The notes beneath the pieces were generated by a model, which did no database searches, was not told the DNA's origin, and was given only the letters and a program-made list of their open reading frames with translations. Shown one piece after another: positions 63,840 through 64,000 of a stretch of DNA of 64,000 nucleotides. This stretch comes from an uncultured Eubacteriales bacterium (GTDB taxonomy: Bacteria > Acidobacteriota > Aminicenantia > Aminicenantales > Aminicenantaceae), in NCBI GenBank assembly GCA_964410125.1, contig CAYPGQ010000006.1, positions 29,194 through 93,193 of the forward strand, in the 5' to 3' direction. Within the stretch, counting starts at the first letter, position 1; each line of letters begins with the position of its first letter. Position numbers and translations under genes: made by a program.

Positions 63840-64000
63840 ATGCGGAAAAAAAGGATTGGTATCGGCATCGTAGGAGGAGGATTCATCGCTCGATTCCACA
63901 TCCGCTCTTGGGTCGGCGTACGGGATGCCGACATCCTGGGTGTTGTCGGCAAAGATGACACAGCAGAGGAAGCAGCAGCCCTGGCTAGAGATTTGAATGT
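63840..64000 (+). CDS. Gfo/Idh/MocA-family oxidoreductase, N-terminal part; the 3' end lies outside the window
   Basis: MRKKRIGIGIVGGGFIARFHIRSW is a Rossmann GxGxxG motif. A GAGG RBS lies upstream, and the frame is open to the window edge. Confidence 0.7.
   Translation, partial: MRKKRIGIGIVGGGFIARFHIRSWVGVRDADILGVVGKDDTAEEAAALARDLN

Overview
This 64-kb window comes from a diderm bacterium of unassigned lineage. The diderm call rests on KDO and heptose-LPS genes, Mla, a LolB-like lipoprotein and an Omp85-type barrel. The backbone is dense housekeeping DNA. It carries kdsA-kdsD-kdsC, a PMM, uppP and a mannose-1-P guanylyltransferase (1-5.3 kb). A long minus-strand block follows (5.4-25.8 kb): aspS-hisS-accA, an ECF sigma/anti-sigma pair, rlmB, glnS-gltX, ispF-ispD-yacL-radA, mlaDFE, dnaB and rplI-rpsR-rpsF. 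After the island come pth-rplY-prs-tRNA-Gln-ispE and a lolB-like gene (43.5-47.7 kb). A plus-strand block (48.3-64 kb) holds a Memo-AMMECR1 fusion, an FmdB-like gene, waaF-gmhB, relA/spoT, a lipoprotein/OMP operon, dnaA-dnaN with DnaA boxes (candidate oriC), apbE, an MFS nucleoside transporter and a partial oxidoreductase. The backbone is interrupted between the rpsF promoter and the pth 3' end (about 26.1-43.2 kb, boundaries approximate) by an A+T-rich integrated element of about 17 kb. The element encodes a large serine recombinase, a ParB-like protein, an excisionase-like HTH protein, a catalytic-domain-only tyrosine recombinase, an RRM protein, a prohead-protease-like protein and a wHTH protein, but no recognisable capsid, portal or terminase genes. 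Its distal, most A+T-rich end (38.7-43.0 kb) looks like a defence islet. The top candidate for a novel system is a translationally coupled four-gene cassette: a 3-TM protein, a 121-aa protein starting Met-Gly-Gly, a 90-aa protein and a QueC-like PP-loop ATPase. It lacks the partner genes of the known QueC-containing defence systems (type IV CBASS, Qat). Next to it lies an MtlR/DUF4145-type HEPN (RNEFAH) gene pair. Several families of intergenic repeats and hairpins and two long non-coding gaps are also noted. No CRISPR array or rRNA was seen. All calls come from reading the translations and the sequence by eye, and no database search was run.
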